A model generated the notes under the pieces. The model was not told the origin of the DNA. It ran no database searches and saw only the letters and a list, made by a program, of their open reading frames with translations. This document shows, one piece after another, positions 59,602 through 64,000 of a DNA stretch of 64,000 nt. The DNA comes from an uncultured delta proteobacterium (lineage in GTDB: Bacteria > Desulfobacterota > Binatia > UBA9968), in NCBI GenBank assembly GCA_963816145.1, contig CAWFJP010000002.1, positions 96,001 through 160,000 on the forward strand, written 5' to 3'. The translations under genes were made by a program, and so were the position numbers. Positions within the stretch are counted from its first letter, which is position 1. The number at the start of each line of letters is the position of its first letter.

Positions 59602-59788
59602 AATCGCCACGTGCCAGTTTTAGGATTTGCTCCCGTATATTAATTCTGCCCATGGTTCGGAGGTTGAGGTAGACTGGAGAAAGCGCGGCCAGCGGCCTTT
59701 TCCCGGTTTGTGGTTTTCTGCGGGAGGGTGTTAGAAAGTATCTAGCTTGGCGGATTAGCGGGCGCATCAACCTCTCGTCGTCTGGAAC

Positions 59789-60801
59789 TTGTTAATGTTT
59801 ACCAAATTTGGATTCTCGTCTTTGGCCCATTGGTTCGCGCTCCTCGCGCTCACGTTGACCATGCTCGTTCATAGCGGTGTCATGGTTTGGGCCGCGGAAT
59901 CGCTTCGCCTCGGTTTTTCCGGAGCGACCGCAACCCAGTTGGCGGGCTCACTGGCGGTCGAGCATAAACTGTTCGAGCTTTACGGCGCCAATGTTGAGTT
60001 TATCCAATCGGCGGGCACGACCATGATTCGCGCTCTCGATGCCGGCAGTCTGGATGTCACCATCGTCGGCGGCGGGCAGGCGCTGAGCGCTTATCTCAAA
60101 GGCGTTGAGGTGCGCATCATCGGCGGGCTCGTCAATACCGTTCCCTATCAACTATGGGCGAAGCCGGAAATCGTGCAGCTCAAGGATCTCAAAGGCAAGA
60201 TGATCGCCAACACGCCGCCGGGCACGTCGCTCAACTTGGCCGCGGCGGTTTTACTGCAACGCGCGGGGCTTGATCCGTTGCGGGATGTCAAGCTGATCGC
60301 ATTCGGCCGATTGGGGTTGGTTGCCCAGTCACTTTTCACCGGCGTGGTCGATGCCGCGCTGTTGTCGCCGCCGGAAACTATCGAAGCGAAAAAATTGGGA
60401 CTGCGCATGATCATCGATCTCGCCGCCGCTCGGATTCCATGTATGTTCACCTCGGTGGTTACCACCCGAACGGTACTGGAACAATCGCCGCTCGGCGCTG
60501 ACGCGATTTCTCAAAGGGCTCTTACATGGGCTGAAACTTGCGTTGACCAATCCGGATATGGCAAAAAAGACCATCAGTCGAGAGCATGCGGCTCAGCGAT
60601 CCGGAGGCGATCGAAGAGGTTTATCAAAGAGTCGTGGTGCTCTACGAGCGTATGCCGATGGTGCCGAAAGAGGCGTTTGATACCGTGGTCAAGCTGTCAC
60701 CTGAGTCGTCGAATCGAAGTCCGTTCGGCGTTCTGGACCTGAGCCTGCTCGAGCGCATCGATAAGGAAGGTTTTGTGCGGTCACTTTATGCCACAAAGTA
60801 G
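59789..60801 (+). CDS. NitT/TauT substrate-binding protein, frameshifted near 60500 and 60580
   Basis: LFELYG, DLKGK, GLDPLRDV; C-terminus LERIDKEGFVRSLY in another frame. Confidence 0.75.
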
Positions 60802-60821
60802 AAAAACTTTTGGAGGTAGTC

Positions 60822-61670
60822 ATGGCAGATATCCGAGGCGTTGGCAAAAAAATCACCTATAGCGAGGACAATCCGATCAGCGCGGAGTTGGAGGAGTTTC
60901 GTAAGAGCCGCGATCATGTGAAGCGCCCTCCTAAAGACGACGAGGAGCGCGAACGATTGGCCCGTTGGCTGGGCCATCGCGGCCGCGACGAACTTGAGAT
61001 CACCGTCGGCACCGCTTGCTACGCCATGGCCCATTTCGAGATGGACGCCGAGTGGCGCCATCATCTCGGCGAACATATCGGCACGGAAGCGGGCCACGGC
61101 TGGGGGTATATCCGGCAAGCGAATTCGATTGACCCGCGCCGCGACCACTCTAAGGCCGACCCGGAGTTCGAGCGTCAATACGGCCTGACGCCGCGCACCG
61201 AGCACCACCAAATCATGAAGCGCGATTTTCTCAGTTACATTTTTTCCGGCAACCTTTGGCCCTACGGTCATTGCACGGCGGCGAGCATACAGAGCATTCA
61301 AATCACCACACCCAAGTTGCTCGATTTCGAAGAGCGCGTAGTGCATGCCGAAGAGCGCACCCACCACGACGCAATCTTGCAGAAGATTCACGACCATGTC
61401 TGGGAACAGATCGAGATTTACGGCGAAGCGCCGATTCGCCGGCGCATCGGCGAGATTGAAAAGCAGGCGCTCAACAGCCGGCCGCGCACGGTTTTCGATC
61501 CGCCGCGTCGCGACTTCCTGCGTAAATATTTTAACGTGCCGGTGGATAACGTGCGCTTTTTCCCGGCTTGGCGCGAGTATCTCTATTTGAATGTTCTCGG
61601 TTTCCCGCCTGAGCCGGTTCATATCGATAATTGGCCGGCGGAAGTTCCCCAACCCAAAGCCGTAGCTTAA
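60822..61670 (+). CDS. Ferritin-like diiron protein (PaaA/BoxB-like motifs)
   Basis: TEAGHGWGY and EERTHH ExxH motifs about 95 aa apart; SD GGAGG. Confidence 0.6.
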   Translation: MADIRGVGKKITYSEDNPISAELEEFRKSRDHVKRPPKDDEERERLARWLGHRGRDELEITVGTACYAMAHFEMDAEWRHHLGEHIGTEAGHGWGYIRQANSIDPRRDHSKADPEFERQYGLTPRTEHHQIMKRDFLSYIFSGNLWPYGHCTAASIQSIQITTPKLLDFEERVVHAEERTHHDAILQKIHDHVWEQIEIYGEAPIRRRIGEIEKQALNSRPRTVFDPPRRDFLRKYFNVPVDNVRFFPAWREYLYLNVLGFPPEPVHIDNWPAEVPQPKAVA

Positions 61671-61731
61671 GCGGATCGCCGTTATTCGCCGATGTTGAGC
61701 AAATAAAAAAGCCATCAGCCAAGGAGGAGTT

Positions 61732-62787
61732 ATGTTTCGAGTCGATGTCGATGCCCATATAGATGAATGTGATGCCACCTGGGAATATCTCGACGACGGC
61801 GCGCGCCGCTTCAAACCGGTACTGGTCGATCCGGGATCGGCGACCGCGCCGGGCGACGCCCGGCCGCACCGCCTGTGGCTGATCGATGGCACGATCCAAC
61901 TCAAGCGCTGGCGCGATGACCAGCGCACCGGCACCGTGCAGGCGACCCGGGAACTTCTGGACGTCGATGCTCGGGTGCGCCATATGGACGAGTTGCGCGT
62001 CGACGTGCAAGTGCTCTACCCGACGCTCTTTCTGCACGCTTTCACCGCTCGACCGGAGATCGATGTCGCGCTTTGCAAATCTTACAATCGCTGGATCGCT
62101 ACCGCTACCGAGAAGAGTCGCGGTCGGTTGCGCTGGGTCGCGGTGCTGCCGATGCTCGACATTCCTCGGGCTGTAGAAGAGCTGCGTTGGGCCAAGGAGC
62201 ACGGCGCCTGCGGCGTGTTCAAGAAAGGCATCGAAGCCGGCGGCCGCGCCGCCAGCGATCCGCATTTTTTCCCGATCTATGACGAGGCGAGCCGCCTCGA
62301 CCTGCCGATCTGCATCCACAATGCCAACGGTTTCATCGAGTCCGCCACCACCGAAGGCACCGGGCTGGGCGGCGGTATGATCGCCATCGCAGCATTTAAC
62401 GCGCTGGCCGAGCATGGCATCCCGGATATGTTTCCGAAACTCCGAGTGGGGTTCATCGAAACCGGCGCGTCCTGGGTGCCCTTTCTCCTTGCCGATCTGA
62501 TGGCAAAGAAACTTCGCCGCACCTTCCTGCCCATCGACCTCAAGGCAGACCTGTTCCGTAAAAACCGTTTCTACGTCGCCTGCCAGACCAATGACGATCT
62601 GCCTTACATTTTAAAGCACGGAATGGAAGATAATCTGATGATCGGTACGGACTATAGCCACGCTGACCAGTCTGCCGAGATTCGAGCCCTGGACGTCATC
62701 GAGGAGCGCGGTGCAAAGGGCGAGATCCCGGCGGCGGTGGCGCGCAAAATTCTGGACGATAATCCGCGGCGGTTCTACGGCCTATAG
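61732..62787 (+). CDS. Amidohydrolase_2 family protein
   Basis: DVDAH, YPT, SYNRW, CIH, IETGASW, GTDYSH, DNPRRFY. Confidence 0.9.
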   Translation: MFRVDVDAHIDECDATWEYLDDGARRFKPVLVDPGSATAPGDARPHRLWLIDGTIQLKRWRDDQRTGTVQATRELLDVDARVRHMDELRVDVQVLYPTLFLHAFTARPEIDVALCKSYNRWIATATEKSRGRLRWVAVLPMLDIPRAVEELRWAKEHGACGVFKKGIEAGGRAASDPHFFPIYDEASRLDLPICIHNANGFIESATTEGTGLGGGMIAIAAFNALAEHGIPDMFPKLRVGFIETGASWVPFLLADLMAKKLRRTFLPIDLKADLFRKNRFYVACQTNDDLPYILKHGMEDNLMIGTDYSHADQSAEIRALDVIEERGAKGEIPAAVARKILDDNPRRFYGL

Positions 62788-62841
62788 GCGATCGTGCAGA
62801 CTATCTCGAAAGTCATTGGACCCAATATTTAGGACTCGATC

Positions 62842-63840
62842 ATGACCGCCCTCAGAAAACTCATGGCGATTTTTTTGCTGATTTACCTCGCCGCGCTGGC
62901 GCCTAATCCTGTGGCCGCGGCGGATGACAAGACGATCGATCTCGCCAAAAAAGAAGGCCGGGTGGCCTTCTACACTTCCATGGGCGCCGATGAAAGCAAG
63001 CTGGTCGCCGATACTTTTCAAGCCAAGTATCCGTCGATCCGTGTCGAAATTACCCGTTTGGGCAGCGAGAAACTTTTGCAGCGCATCATCACCGAGAGCC
63101 GCGCCGGCAGTCATTTCTTCGACGCCGTTACCAACAGCGGCATGGAAATCTACTTGCTCGGCAAAATGGGTTTGCTGGCGCGCCATCTGACGCCGGATTT
63201 CTCCTTATTTATGGCGGACTCGAAGGATTCGGCGGGACGCTGGGTAGATATGTATTCGAATCTGCGCTTGATCGCCTACAACACCAGGCTCGTGCCAAAG
63301 GAGAAAATTCCTAAACGTTACGAAGATCTACTCGAGCCGGGATGGAAAGGACAGGTTGGCTTTCCCGAAGGACAGTTCTCCTGGTTCGCCACCATGTTAA
63401 AAACCATGGGCGAAGAACGAGGCCGGAATTTTTTTCAGGGACTGGCGCGGCAGGAGCTTAACTATCGCGGCGCGCAGGTTTTGGTCACGCAAATGATCGC
63501 CGCCGGCGAGTTCAATGCCGGTTTTTCCTACGATACCCAGGTGCTGCGCTTTCGTAATCGCGGCGCGCCCATCGAGGTCGCGCCGATGCCTTTCGTCACC
63601 AAGAATATTCACCCCATCGCGCTCGCCGCCCACGCGCCCCATCCCAATGCGGCTAAGGTTTTTATCGACTATGTCCTGTCCAAGGAAGGGCAAATGTTTA
63701 TCAAAAACCTCGGGCGGGTGATTTCGCGCAGCGATGTTCCCCAGGAGGAATTTGCCCGGATGAAAATCATTTCCGAGGACGTCACCGTCGCCGATCGGCT
63801 AAATTCGGTCATGGACGACTACAAGAAATACTTGCGCTAG
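62842..63840 (+). CDS. Extracellular solute-binding protein
   Basis: Signal peptide, AKKEG, AYNTRLV, DLLEPGWKG, APHPNAAK. Confidence 0.88.
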   Translation: MTALRKLMAIFLLIYLAALAPNPVAAADDKTIDLAKKEGRVAFYTSMGADESKLVADTFQAKYPSIRVEITRLGSEKLLQRIITESRAGSHFFDAVTNSGMEIYLLGKMGLLARHLTPDFSLFMADSKDSAGRWVDMYSNLRLIAYNTRLVPKEKIPKRYEDLLEPGWKGQVGFPEGQFSWFATMLKTMGEERGRNFFQGLARQELNYRGAQVLVTQMIAAGEFNAGFSYDTQVLRFRNRGAPIEVAPMPFVTKNIHPIALAAHAPHPNAAKVFIDYVLSKEGQMFIKNLGRVISRSDVPQEEFARMKIISEDVTVADRLNSVMDDYKKYLR

Positions 63841-64000
63841 GGTGCTCACCGATTACTTCGACGAACCGGCTTCGCATCAGATCGGCGCCGGCATTTGTCT
63901 TTTCCCCGTCTATCCAATAGCCTATTCATGAACTCGCAGTGGTCAGAGCGATTCTGTGTCCCCGGTTGCGCTTGAGAGTGTCATGAAACCCTTCAGGCAA

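Overview
GC-rich bacterial chromosome segment, probably Candidatus Binatia (Desulfobacterota_B; inferred from the many orphan solute-binding proteins, amidohydrolases, SDRs and cupins). It encodes a divergent aldehyde:ferredoxin oxidoreductase, two MoeA paralogs, about ten solute-binding-fold proteins with no ABC/TRAP permease, pobA, a Na+-translocating acyl-CoA decarboxylase operon, an Mrp-SufT-MEMO cluster and an A1-type cytochrome c oxidase operon. Main leads: (1) a six-gene partner-switching operon (STAS, MBL hydrolase fused to a pseudo-HATPase, ligand-binding protein, HAMP-PP2C, RsbW kinase, STAS) with no sigma factor; (2) a dispersed class of about 12 palindromic elements built from degenerate 6-9 nt tandem units; (3) a stand-alone PaaA/BoxB-like diiron protein with an altered ligand set; (4) a strong-RBS micro-ORF or sRNA locus upstream of a deaminase and a kinase-like-BON gene. 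Several single-base frameshifts look like long-read errors. No rRNA, tRNA, CRISPR array or transposase was recognised. All family calls are from motif recognition by eye, not database searches.
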